Source of the DNA: an uncultured Roseburia sp.
GTDB lineage: Bacteria; Bacillota; Clostridia; Lachnospirales; Lachnospiraceae
Length of the DNA stretch: 64,000 nt
Reading direction: 5' to 3'
NCBI GenBank assembly: GCA_944380515.1
Contig: CALWHT010000031.1
Location: 17,332 to 81,331 of the forward strand
Part shown: positions 21,019 to 30,085 of the stretch, one piece after another
Position numbering within the stretch: position 1 is the first letter of the stretch
Layout of the letters: every line of letters starts with the position of its first letter
Translations under genes and position numbers: made by a program
The notes under the pieces: generated by a model
What the model was told of the DNA's origin: nothing
Database searches by the model: none
The model's input: only the letters and a program-made list of their open reading frames with translations

Positions 21019-22337
21019 AATAATTCTCCAATCAAATCATACTCGTAAGCGCCCGTCACGCGGACCCTTGCAATATCTCCCGTCATCAATTCCTCATCCG
21101 TATTGATAAAAATATAACCGTCCACATCCGGCGCGTCCCGGTAGGTTCTGCCGACATAGGCGTTTTCATCGCTGACCTTTCCCTCAATGAAGACAAACAA
21201 CTCCCTGCCCTTTAAGGTCTCGTTTTTATCAAAGATGATTTCCTCCTGCAGCTCCATGACATCCGCCTGCCACTCCGCCTTGCGTTCCTCGTCCACCTGG
21301 TCGGGAAACTCCGCCGCGGGCGTTCCCTCCTCGGGAGAATAGGTAAACGCTCCAAGCCGGTCAAATTCCATATCATTGACAAACTGCATCAGTTCCTCGT
21401 GCATTTCCTGCGTTTCGCCGGGAAAGCCGCAGATAAGCGTGGTGCGCAGCGTAATATCGGGAATCCGCTCCCTTAAATGCGTCACAATCCTCACCAGGTC
21501 GGCGTTGTTTGTACGTCTGCCCATCCGTTTTAAGATGGTATCGTTCGCGTGCTGAATCGGAATATCCAGATAATGGCATACCTTCTCGTTGCGCAGCATG
21601 GAATCAATCAGGTCTTCGTAAATTTCCTCGGGATAACAATACATAATCCGAATCCAGAAAAGCCCTTCGATCTGATTCAGCTCATCCAGCAGACGGTGCA
21701 GGGACTTTTCCCCGTACAGGTCAACGCCGTAGAGCGTTGTCTCCTGTGCCACCAAAATAAGCTCTTTTGCGCCTCCCGCAACAAGCTCCCTCGCCTGAGA
21801 AAGCAAATCCTCCATCGGAACGCTGCGGTAGATGCCCCGGATATAGGGAATAATGCAGTAAGTACAGCGTTTGTTGCAGCCCTCCGCAATCTTTAAGTAA
21901 GCATAGTGGCCGCCCGTTGTAACGGTCCGCCTGACGGAAACGCTCGGAAGTCCCTCGAGCGTCCGAAAATTCTCGTAATGCACACCCTCTAAGGCCTGCC
22001 GGACCGCATTCACAATATCCTCATAGGAATTGGTGCCCAAAATCGCATCCACCTCCGGAATTTCCCGGAGGATTTCATCCTGATAGCGCTGTGCGAGACA
22101 GCCTGTGACGATCAGTGCTTTTAGCTTTGCATCCTTTTTGTGCTCCGCCATTTCCAGTATCGTGTTGACGCTTTCTTCCTTCGCGTCGTTGATAAAACAG
22201 CAGGTGTTAATGACGATAACATCCGCCTCATACTCGTCATCCGTCAATTCCATACCGGAGTCCCGCAGCATACCAAGCATAAATTCGCTGTCTACAAGAT
22301 TCTTGTCACAGCCCAGGGAAACAAACAGTAATTTCAT
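21015..22337 (-). CDS. rimO: Ribosomal protein S12 methylthiotransferase
   Basis: SLGCDKNLVDSE, NTCCFI..AKEES, KIAEGCNKRCTYC and a C-terminal TRAM domain. Confidence 0.95.
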   Translation of the reverse strand: MKLLFVSLGCDKNLVDSEFMLGMLRDSGMELTDDEYEADVIVINTCCFINDAKEESVNTILEMAEHKKDAKLKALIVTGCLAQRYQDEILREIPEVDAILGTNSYEDIVNAVRQALEGVHYENFRTLEGLPSVSVRRTVTTGGHYAYLKIAEGCNKRCTYCIIPYIRGIYRSVPMEDLLSQARELVAGGAKELILVAQETTLYGVDLYGEKSLHRLLDELNQIEGLFWIRIMYCYPEEIYEDLIDSMLRNEKVCHYLDIPIQHANDTILKRMGRRTNNADLVRIVTHLRERIPDITLRTTLICGFPGETQEMHEELMQFVNDMEFDRLGAFTYSPEEGTPAAEFPDQVDEERKAEWQADVMELQEEIIFDKNETLKGRELFVFIEGKVSDENAYVGRTYRDAPDVDGYIFINTDEELMTGDIARVRVTGAYEYDLIGELL

Positions 22338-22338
22338 A

Positions 22339-22584
22339 CTATTCTTCATCCGAAGATTCCGGAAGAATCTTCACCTTTCCCTCATAAAGCTCCTCGACCG
22401 CAATCGAAAGCGGCTTCGGGCAGATAATTTTGTCCGCCATCGGCTCGTCTCCGGCAATAATCTGACGCGCTCTCTTTGCCGCCGCAATCACAATCGAATA
22501 ACGGCTGTTTACCACCGGCTCCTCTCCGATTTCCACGTCATTGTTTACGACCTTCATTAATTCTACATAAGATGGATGTATCAT
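22339..22584 (-). CDS. rpoZ: RNA polymerase omega subunit
   Basis: MIHPSY, SRYSIVIAAAKRARQI and KPLSIAVEE motifs; follows gmk. Confidence 0.95.
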   Translation of the reverse strand: MIHPSYVELMKVVNNDVEIGEEPVVNSRYSIVIAAAKRARQIIAGDEPMADKIICPKPLSIAVEELYEGKVKILPESSDEE

Positions 22585-22611
22585 AAATATTCTCCTTTCA
22601 CCAGCATCCTT

Positions 22612-23253
22612 TTATTTTTTTGAAAAATCGCGGAGCTCTTTTCGCATCCGCTCGATGACCTCACGGTTTCTGGATACCCGGTAGTGCTCGTTTCTTATAA
22701 TATGGTTCACTTCCTCCACGCACTCCTCAAGATCATCGTTGATCACCAGATAATCGTATTCCTCGATGCCTTCCGCTTCCTCAACCGCCCGCGCAAGCCT
22801 GGAATCGATGACTTCCATCGTCTCCGTTCCCCTGCCGACCAGACGATTTTTCAGTTCCCCGGCGCTCGGCGGAGATACGAACAACAGCAGCGTGTCGGGA
22901 AATTTCTTTTTCACCTTCAGCGCTCCCTGAATCTCGATTTCCAGAATCACGTCTTTTCCGGCGTTTAACTGTTCCTCGACATACGTTCTTGGGGTTCCGT
23001 AATAATTGCCGACAAACTGCGCATATTCAATCAACGCATCCTCCGCAATCATACGTTCAAATTCTTCTCTCGTACGGAAAAAATATTCCACGCCGTCACA
23101 CTCGCCCGGTCTCGGGGCTCTCGTTGTCGCGGAAATCGACAGGGCGTACCGCTCCGAATACTTTTTCATCAATTCTTTCATGATGGTTCCCTTCCCGGAG
23201 CCGGAAAAACCGGAAACCACGGTCAAAATTCCTCTATTCTTTCGTATCATCAT
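22612..23253 (-). CDS. gmk: Guanylate kinase
   Basis: SGFSGSGKGT P-loop, SISATTRAPRPGE, YYGTP and EIEIQGA motifs. Confidence 0.97.
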   Translation of the reverse strand: MMIRKNRGILTVVSGFSGSGKGTIMKELMKKYSERYALSISATTRAPRPGECDGVEYFFRTREEFERMIAEDALIEYAQFVGNYYGTPRTYVEEQLNAGKDVILEIEIQGALKVKKKFPDTLLLFVSPPSAGELKNRLVGRGTETMEVIDSRLARAVEEAEGIEEYDYLVINDDLEECVEEVNHIIRNEHYRVSRNREVIERMRKELRDFSKK

Positions 23254-23503
23254 AAACCTCTGCGGCATTGCCGTTAAATCTTCCGGCGAGAGTCTCCGGC
23301 TGCAATGCGGATAAAATAATTGTATTGTTGTCGGTAAAAATCACGCTCTTAGTCCTGCGCCCCTGCGTCGCATCGATTAATATTTCCTGCTCCTTCCCGC
23401 GCTGAATCAGGCGTTTTGCCGGTGCGGAATCAGAGGATATAATACCGATGATCTTGCCGGTATTGACCATATTCCCGAATCCGATGTTCATCAGCTTTTC
23501 CAT
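23234..23503 (-). CDS. remA: RemA (DUF370) family regulator
   Basis: LMNIGFGNMV, SAPAKR, IDATQGRRTKS and SALQPETL motifs. Confidence 0.93.
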   Translation of the reverse strand: MEKLMNIGFGNMVNTGKIIGIISSDSAPAKRLIQRGKEQEILIDATQGRRTKSVIFTDNNTIILSALQPETLAGRFNGNAAEVYDDTKE

Positions 23504-23551
23504 TGTCCTCCCCTTTCTTCGTCCAGACTCCCGATACGGAAAGCTCCGGCT

Positions 23552-24430
23552 TTACTCGATATTCTGAATCTGTTCCCGAATCTTTTCGATATCTGTCTTT
23601 AAGCTGATTCCCGTATCGGAAATCGCAAGGTCATTCGCCTTTGAGAGGATGGTGTTAGCCTCACGGTTCATTTCCTGAGCAATAAAATCCAGCTTTCTGC
23701 CGATGCTTCCGCCCGCCTCAAGCGTGTCTCTTGTACTCCTGATATGGCTGCGCAGGCGCACCGTCTCCTCATCCACGCAGACCTTATCCGCGAAAATCGT
23801 CACCTCGGTGACAAGCCTTGCGTCGTCCACCTGACGGTCGCCCAAAAGTTCCTCCACCTTTGCCTTAAGCCGCTCCCGGTACTCCTTCATAATAACGGGC
23901 GAACGCTCCTCAATAAAATCAACATAGGAGAGCATGGTGTCGAGCTTGCCGCACAAATCATTTTTCAGGTGCTCCCCTTCTTTGATACGGCTTTGCACTA
24001 ACTGCTCCGCCGCTCCGCGAAGCGCCTTTTCCAGTCCTGCCCAGAGTGCCTTTTCATCCACGCTCTGTTCTTCCATCACAAATACCTCCGGGTATCTGGA
24101 GAGCGTGCTGACGCGGATATCGTTTTCCAGTCCGAAGCTTTCCGCCATATCATTCAGATAGGTCAGATACTGCGCCGCAATCTCACGGTTGTATTTGAGC
24201 GATGCATTCTGCTCGGTATAGTCCTCATAGGTAATATAGATGTCCACCTTGCCGCGCTCTATATATTCCTTCAGGAGGCTGCGGATGGCGCTCTCAAAGA
24301 AATTCAGCTTTTTGGGCATCTTCAGATTCACGTCAAGATAACGGTGGTTGACCGCCTTCATCTCAACCGTAAATTTGCGGTATTCGTCCGCGCTCTCGCA
24401 GCGTCCGTACCCGGTCATGCTTTTAATCAT
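23552..24430 (-). CDS. YicC/YloC family endoribonuclease
   Basis: MIKSMTGYG, VNHRYLD, GRKLDFIAQEMNREANTILSK and KIREQIQNIE motifs. Confidence 0.95.
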   Translation of the reverse strand: MIKSMTGYGRCESADEYRKFTVEMKAVNHRYLDVNLKMPKKLNFFESAIRSLLKEYIERGKVDIYITYEDYTEQNASLKYNREIAAQYLTYLNDMAESFGLENDIRVSTLSRYPEVFVMEEQSVDEKALWAGLEKALRGAAEQLVQSRIKEGEHLKNDLCGKLDTMLSYVDFIEERSPVIMKEYRERLKAKVEELLGDRQVDDARLVTEVTIFADKVCVDEETVRLRSHIRSTRDTLEAGGSIGRKLDFIAQEMNREANTILSKANDLAISDTGISLKTDIEKIREQIQNIE

Positions 24431-24509
24431 AGGTCCTCCTGACCAGCTGTATGCCTCTTCACAGCTCCAAAACGACAGGCAGCCGCTTCCCGGCTTTCCT
24501 GCATAAATA

Positions 24510-24558
24510 AAAATCACTGATGCATCACGTCTTTTCTCCCGTATGCATAAGTGATTTT
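24510..24558 (-). terminator. Long hairpin followed by a U-tract in the leader of yicC
   Basis: AAAATCACT-ATGCAT-ACG / CGT-ATGCAT-AGTGATTTT stem followed by a T-rich tract on the minus strand. Confidence 0.55.
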
Positions 24559-24587
24559 ATTATAAAACTAATTTGAGGGGAAGTCAA
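24559..24587 (-). promoter_or_regulatory. Sigma-A promoter for the yicC-remA-gmk-rpoZ operon
   Basis: TTGACT-N17-TATAAT on the minus strand. Confidence 0.75.
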
Positions 24588-25077
24588 CATTTCGTTTTTC
24601 GGCTCCGCCCTGTCCCTGCTGTCCGAATACACAGGACGCAAGTTCTTTGTAATTTTGAAATCCATATAAAAGATACCGTTCAGACTGATATATAATATAG
24701 AAGTGGTCCGTCCCGCACAAAGAATGTAACGCTTCCCTGTCCTTTCTCGGCAGAAGCAAAAAGACCCGTTCCGCCGTTTTCGAACCAGGCTCCTGCTCCG
24801 CATAATCCCCGCCTTTTTTATTTTCCGGATAAAGCCTTCCGCTTTCACTGCGGCAGCCGTATACGGTTATCTCACGGCCGCAGACCGCCTTAAGCTTCCC
24901 GGCACTGCCCTCCACCGCATAGCCGGTCTTAATCCGGCACTCCTTTAAAGCATCGCAGATTCTCTGAAATTCCCGATATTCGTCCGCGTGCTCGAGGACG
25001 CAGAGGCAAAGGAAACAGACGAACGCCGCGGTGAGCAATGCCAGCACGGATTTTCCGCAGATATCCCTGTTTTTCAT
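24568..25077 (-). CDS. Hypothetical secreted or membrane-anchored protein
   Basis: 169-aa ORF with an N-terminal signal/anchor (VLALLTAAFVCFLCLCVL); no recognisable domain. Confidence 0.55.
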   Translation of the reverse strand: MKNRDICGKSVLALLTAAFVCFLCLCVLEHADEYREFQRICDALKECRIKTGYAVEGSAGKLKAVCGREITVYGCRSESGRLYPENKKGGDYAEQEPGSKTAERVFLLLPRKDREALHSLCGTDHFYIIYQSERYLLYGFQNYKELASCVFGQQGQGGAEKRNVDFPSN

Positions 25078-25245
25078 ATGTATAAATCACTGCTTTCGTT
25101 CTTATGATAACTTATCATACCAATTTTCTTTTTTGATGTCAAATTAAATTATCATAATGATAATGAAATATCACAATGAATACTTTACTATACATTACAT
25201 CAATATACAGAGATAAAAACCGTGCAAACCAGAATGGAGTTTGAT

Positions 25246-25527
25246 ATGATCGCAGACAAAATCAAGGAATTAAGACAGGCAAATAATTGGACGCAGGCTG
25301 ACCTCGCCCGAAAACTCAATATTACCAGAAGCAGTGTGAATGCCTGGGAAATGGGAATTTCCGTGCCATCCACCACGTATCTGATCGAGCTCTCCTCCCT
25401 GTTTCAGGTTTCGACGGATTACCTGCTCGGCCTGCCCTGCAACAATACCATTGACATTTCCTCCCTCTCGGAGCGGGAAAGCATTCTCGTCTATGAGCTC
25501 ATCGAATATTTTAAATCACTGAAATAA
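25246..25527 (+). CDS. Xre-family helix-turn-helix regulator
   Basis: IKELRQANNWTQADLARKLNITRSSVNAWEMG..P..LFQVSTDYLLG; SD GGAG upstream. Confidence 0.9.
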   Translation: MIADKIKELRQANNWTQADLARKLNITRSSVNAWEMGISVPSTTYLIELSSLFQVSTDYLLGLPCNNTIDISSLSERESILVYELIEYFKSLK

Positions 25528-25532
25528 AAAAA

Positions 25533-25588
25533 GAGACACCACTGCTGACATATCTCCCACAGGAAATATTTCAGCGGCAGTGTCTCTG
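25533..25588. terminator. Bidirectional terminator between the Xre gene and niaR
   Basis: AGAGACAC-ACTGCTGA / TCAGCGGC-GTGTCTCT inverted repeat between convergent genes. Confidence 0.6.
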
Positions 25589-25598
25589 CAATTTTCTT

Positions 25599-26153
25599 TT
25601 ATTCTCCGACGGCATCGGCCGTCTCATAGGGAAGAAGCTGCGCCAGATAGCCTTTCCTTTTCAGCGCTTCTTCTATTTCATCCAGCACTTCCTCGCTTTC
25701 CGCGTTGATTTTATGGAAATGATACCCGGATGTCACGTTCAACAGCGGGGTTGACTTTCCCGTTTTCAAATCGTTGATAAAGGACTGTACGTCACGCCTG
25801 CTCTTAATGTTGAGCGGCGCGTTTAACTTGCCGTACACCCGGTGATTGACCATAACATTCACGATACAGCCGCCAAGATCCACAATGGTTGTCAGCTCGT
25901 CCTCCACCTGCTCATTCGTGTGGCAGACCTTAATCACCCTTGATGCCGCCTTGGGTTCGTCAAGCAGATATCCTCTTGCCGTAGAAATAATCGGATACCC
26001 CTGCGTCCGAAGCAGAGCAATATCCTGCACCACAACCTGTCTGCTGACTCCGGTTCTTTTTCCGAGCTCCGCACCGGATACGGGGGCATCCGCGTTTCTT
26101 ATCATGGATAAAAGCAATTTTCTTCTGTCTGCGCCGGTCATTTCCTTTTCCAT
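25599..26153 (-). CDS. niaR: Niacin-responsive repressor NiaR (HTH_11 + 3H domain)
   Basis: GVSRQVVVQDIALLR, ARGY, CHT, HRVYG and YHFH motifs; last gene of the nad operon. Confidence 0.93.
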   Translation of the reverse strand: MEKEMTGADRRKLLLSMIRNADAPVSGAELGKRTGVSRQVVVQDIALLRTQGYPIISTARGYLLDEPKAASRVIKVCHTNEQVEDELTTIVDLGGCIVNVMVNHRVYGKLNAPLNIKSRRDVQSFINDLKTGKSTPLLNVTSGYHFHKINAESEEVLDEIEEALKRKGYLAQLLPYETADAVGE

Positions 26154-26250
26154 TCCGCTTTCCTTTCCCAAAATTCTTTTCCGGGAGAACGCTTCACATT
26201 CTCCCTGCGTTCAAACGCCGTCGTACCTTCCCGTTTTTTGCAATCATAGC

Positions 26251-27132
26251 TTAATCGGAAAGGACTTTCAAGTGCTTCAGGCTGATGTCGAGAATCGGCG
26301 CCGAATGTGTCAGGGCACCGCTCGATATGTAATCCACACCAAGCTCTTTTAATACCTCAATGTTTTCCTTTGTCACATTTCCGGAGCACTCCGTCTCGGC
26401 CTTACCGTCAATGATGCGGATTGCCTCCGCCATTTCCTCCGGCTTCATATTATCAAGCATGATAATATCAGCGCCTGCCTCGACGGCCTCCCTTACCATC
26501 TCGAGATTTTCCGTCTCCACTTCGATTTTGCGCACAAACGGTGCATATTCTCTGGCAAGACGCACGGCATTGCCAACACCGCCGGCCGCGTCAATGTGGT
26601 TGTCCTTCAGCAGGACGCCGTCGGAGAGATTATAGCGGTGATTATGTCCACCTCCGACGCGCACCGCATATTTTTCGAAAATACGCATACAGGGTGTTGT
26701 TTTTCTCGTGTCAAGCAGCCGAATCCCGCTCCCCTTAAGAAGCGCGGCAACAGCATGGGTATAGGTTGCAATGCCGCTTAACCGCTGTAAATAATTGAGC
26801 GCCGTCCGCTCTCCCGACAAAAGCACGCGAATATCCCCCGTCACAACCGCAAGAAGCTGGCCGCGCGTCACGGCGTCGCCATCCTTTACCCTCGTTCCAT
26901 CATCCTTTTGGGCATAGGTCACCGTTGTTTTTTCATCCAAAAGCGTAAATACGCGCTCAAACACCGGAAGCCCTGCAATAATGCCGTCCTCCTTGCAAAT
27001 CAACTGTACTTCGCCCTTTTTGTACTCCGGCATCACTGCATTGGTAGAAACGTCTTCACTGTGGATATCCTCCTCCAGTGCAAGACGGATATATTTGTCA
27101 GCAACAAGCTGCATGGTAATCGGATTTATCAT
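26251..27132 (-). CDS. nadC: Nicotinate-nucleotide pyrophosphorylase (carboxylating)
   Basis: ERTALNYLQRLSGIAT, DTRKTTP, HRYNLSD, LKDNH, IEVE and IMLDN motifs. Confidence 0.97.
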   Translation of the reverse strand: MINPITMQLVADKYIRLALEEDIHSEDVSTNAVMPEYKKGEVQLICKEDGIIAGLPVFERVFTLLDEKTTVTYAQKDDGTRVKDGDAVTRGQLLAVVTGDIRVLLSGERTALNYLQRLSGIATYTHAVAALLKGSGIRLLDTRKTTPCMRIFEKYAVRVGGGHNHRYNLSDGVLLKDNHIDAAGGVGNAVRLAREYAPFVRKIEVETENLEMVREAVEAGADIIMLDNMKPEEMAEAIRIIDGKAETECSGNVTKENIEVLKELGVDYISSGALTHSAPILDISLKHLKVLSD

Positions 27133-28312
27133 ATCGTGTTCCTTTCTGTGTCATCATAATATTTGCCGCAGCGCGTTCCGCAAATACAAGGCTTTCCAGC
27201 AGACTGTTGCTCGCCAGCCTGTTTTTCCCGTGTACGCCGTTGCAGCTTGTTTCCCCGACCGCATAAAGGTGAGGCATCGTCGTTTCTGAGTTGCTGTCTA
27301 CATGGACCCCGCCCATAAAATAGTGCTGCGCCGGGACAATCGGAATCGGCTCTTTGAACAGATCGTAGCCCTCCTTCCGGCAGGTTTCATAAATATTGGG
27401 GAAATGTTTCGTTATTATTTCCTTCGGAACCTTCTCAAAGGAAAGCCACTCGTGCTCGACGCCCTCCATCGCCATTTCCTTTCGGATTGCCTCGGTGACA
27501 ACATCGCGGGGCAAAAGCTCGTTGACGAAGCGTTCCCCTCTGTGGTTCAGCAAAATAGCCCCTTCTCCGCGCGCCGACTCGGAAATCAAAAAGCTTCTGC
27601 CCGGCTTTGTACTGTAAAGGCAGGTCGGATGGATCTGCACGTAGTCCATATGTTCCAGGGCAACGCCGTGTCTTTCCGCAATCCGGCAGGCATCTCCGGT
27701 CAGGAGCGGGAAATTCGTCGAATGTTCATAAAGACCGCCGATACCTCCGGTTGCCATGACCGAATCCCTGGCGTGGATGTGAAGCATCTCTCCGTCCGCC
27801 GTCCTCGCAATCATTCCGGCACAGCGTCCATCCGCCACGAGAATATCGGTCATCACCGTATATTCCAGCATCGTGACATTCGGCAGCTTTGCCGCCTGGG
27901 AAAACAGCACCGTCGTAATTTCTTTTCCGGTGATATCCTTGTGAAAACAGATACGCGGTTTTGAATGTGCTCCCTCCCTGGTATAGTCAAGGCTTCCGTC
28001 CGGCCTGCGTGCGAAACGCACGCCAAGCCTGATCAAATCACTGATGATACCCCGGCTTGCACGAATCATAATATCAACGCTTTCCCGGCGGTTTTCGTAA
28101 TGCCCGGCCCGCATGGTATCCTCAAAATAGGAGGCGTAATCCGCCTCATCGCGCAGCACGCAGATGCCTCCCTGCGCAAGCATGGAGTCACAGCTCTTAA
28201 AATCCTCCTTTGAGAGCATTAATATTTTTTTTGTTTTCGGAAGCTTTAACGCCGTGTAAAGCCCGGCGACACCGCACCCGGCGATAACCACATCATAATA
28301 AAGATTTTTCAT
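27098..28312 (-). CDS. nadB: L-aspartate oxidase
   Basis: GCGVAGL FAD motif, SMLAQGGI, REGAHS, QIHPT, PAQHYFMGG and NRLASNSLLE; short form lacking the C-terminal helical domain. Confidence 0.95.
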   Translation of the reverse strand: MKNLYYDVVIAGCGVAGLYTALKLPKTKKILMLSKEDFKSCDSMLAQGGICVLRDEADYASYFEDTMRAGHYENRRESVDIMIRASRGIISDLIRLGVRFARRPDGSLDYTREGAHSKPRICFHKDITGKEITTVLFSQAAKLPNVTMLEYTVMTDILVADGRCAGMIARTADGEMLHIHARDSVMATGGIGGLYEHSTNFPLLTGDACRIAERHGVALEHMDYVQIHPTCLYSTKPGRSFLISESARGEGAILLNHRGERFVNELLPRDVVTEAIRKEMAMEGVEHEWLSFEKVPKEIITKHFPNIYETCRKEGYDLFKEPIPIVPAQHYFMGGVHVDSNSETTMPHLYAVGETSCNGVHGKNRLASNSLLESLVFAERAAANIMMTQKGTRYDKSDYHAACC

Positions 28313-29235
28313 ACGGCCCCCGTTTCTGCCTGCCCTGCAAGCGTAAGCATGCGCGTCAGCGTGCTTCCCGCTGCCGCCGCCGTCTTCTCATTGACCAGAA
28401 CCTCATTTTCCCCGGTTTTAAGGACCTGAATGATATTTTCCAGCGTAATTTTTTTCATATCCCCGCAGACGGGAGACGTTTTCGGGAAATAAAACGCCGC
28501 GTCGGGCCGCTCCTTTCCAAGCGCATAGGCGACACCGCACTCGGTCGCGATAATAAATTCCTTTTTCGGGCTTTTCCCCGCATAGCTTATGATGCCGCTC
28601 GTAGAACCTATGTAATCTGCAAGCTGCAGTACCCCGCCGCAGCACTCCGGATGCGCCAGCACCTCCGCCTTAGGGTGCTCCCGTTTGAGCAGAAGGATTT
28701 CCTCCGCAGCCATATGCTCGTGCACCGGACAATAGCCTTCGTTAAATATAAATTCTTTTTCCGGCACCTGCTCCGCCACATAGTGCGCAAGATTTTTATC
28801 CGGGATAAAAAGGATATGCCGATTCGGCAGATTTTTTACAATCGAAACCGCATTGGCCGAGGTCACACACACATCCGACCATGACTTGATTTCCTCCGTG
28901 GAGTTGATATAGCAGACCACGGCGAGGTCGTCATACTGCCTGCGCGCCGCGTCTACCACCGATTTCGACACCATATGCGCCATCGGGCAGTCCGCCGCCG
29001 CGTCCGGCAGAAGCACGGTCTTTTCCGGATTTAAAAGCTTCGCGCTTTCCCCCATAAAGGAGACGCCGCAGAATACCAGCGTCCGGTTTGGAAGCTCCGT
29101 TGCCTTTCTGCTCAGATAAAAAGAATCCCCGATGTAATCCGCAACTGCCTGCACCTCCGGCTCCACATAATAATGGGCGAGAATCACGGCATCCTTTTCC
29201 CGTTTCAGCTGTTCCAATACTTCCTGTTTTTCCAT
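28309..29235 (-). CDS. nadA: Quinolinate synthase
   Basis: ILAHYY, GDSFYL, FCGVSFMGE, CPMA, CYINS, CPVH and AHPEC motifs. Confidence 0.97.
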   Translation of the reverse strand: MEKQEVLEQLKREKDAVILAHYYVEPEVQAVADYIGDSFYLSRKATELPNRTLVFCGVSFMGESAKLLNPEKTVLLPDAAADCPMAHMVSKSVVDAARRQYDDLAVVCYINSTEEIKSWSDVCVTSANAVSIVKNLPNRHILFIPDKNLAHYVAEQVPEKEFIFNEGYCPVHEHMAAEEILLLKREHPKAEVLAHPECCGGVLQLADYIGSTSGIISYAGKSPKKEFIIATECGVAYALGKERPDAAFYFPKTSPVCGDMKKITLENIIQVLKTGENEVLVNEKTAAAAGSTLTRMLTLAGQAETGAV

Positions 29236-29294
29236 AATCATCCTCGATATTTTCTACTGATTGCCAAACCGGCTTTTTCCATGAAACTGACAGT

Positions 29295-29330
29295 AGTATA
29301 TCACTTATCATTACAGGTGACAAGACAGTT
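29295..29330 (-). promoter_or_regulatory. nadA promoter overlapped by a candidate NiaR operator
   Basis: TTGTCA-N17-TATACT with an extended -10 TG; the -35 lies within CTGTCTTGTCACCTGTA, resembling the recalled NiaR box TGTC-N2-GACA..TGTA. Confidence 0.7.
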
Positions 29331-29364
29331 TTTTATTTTTATTCTTCTGCATAAAACAGATGTT

Positions 29365-29592
29365 TTACACGACAAATTCACGGATTTCCTCTATAACACC
29401 ATCTTCTTCCTCCCCGTAAATGGTCAGCGTCAGCGGTGCGGATAAATCCATCGTGCAGATACCGAGAATGGACTTTCCATCCACCGTATAGCTGCCCTTG
29501 GCGAGATCAAAGGGGCCGCTGTGCCCGCTTAAAATATGGCATAACCGTTCCGCCTTCTCCGGTTCATTAATCAATACCTGTACCTGTCTCAT
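29365..29592 (-). CDS. HPr-like protein lacking His15
   Basis: VDGKSILGI (Ser46 motif) and HPr-like size; no GIHARP motif. Confidence 0.8.
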   Translation of the reverse strand: MRQVQVLINEPEKAERLCHILSGHSGPFDLAKGSYTVDGKSILGICTMDLSAPLTLTIYGEEEDGVIEEIREFVV

Positions 29593-29695
29593 AATACCTC
29601 TTTTCCCGGCCATAAGGTGCCGCGCCCGTAAAGCCGTCTTTTGATAAGTACAGTATTCCACAATTTCCCACCGGATATTCTTTCCTTTTCCAAAA

Positions 29696-30085
29696 TCAGC
29701 GTTCCGGCTTCGCGTTTGTCCGTTCCTCCCTGTGTGCGTCAATCATGCGCTTGATTTCTTCGGCCTCCTGCTCCGTTAAAGTTTTTCCGCCTCCCAAAAA
29801 GGCCGCGATAAACTTCGGCAGAGAGCCTCCGAAGGTACGTTCCAGAAAATAATCCGATTCCTCTCTCTGGCAGCGCTCCTGCTCTACCAAAACCGTCACC
29901 AGCGACGACTCATTTCGGATAAAGCCTCTCTGGCAGAGCTTTTTGATTACCGTATAGGTCGTTGATTTTTTCCAGCCCAGCTTATCGGCACAAAGCTTCA
30001 CCAGTTCCCCCGAGCTCACCGGGGCATGCTCCCATACAATCGTCATAAATTTATAATCGCTGTCGCACAGCTTTAAATCTTCCAT
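29696..30085 (-). CDS. BlaI/MecI/CopY family repressor
   Basis: KFMTIVWE, WKKSTTYTVIKKLCQRGFI and FLERTFGGSL motifs. Confidence 0.92.
   Translation of the reverse strand: MEDLKLCDSDYKFMTIVWEHAPVSSGELVKLCADKLGWKKSTTYTVIKKLCQRGFIRNESSLVTVLVEQERCQREESDYFLERTFGGSLPKFIAAFLGGGKTLTEQEAEEIKRMIDAHREERTNAKPER

Noticed and set aside
24525-24848. Alternative 107-aa ORF suggesting a frameshift in the 24568-25077 gene
   Set aside because: It runs through the yicC promoter and hairpin, has basic low-complexity composition, and the main frame is open throughout.
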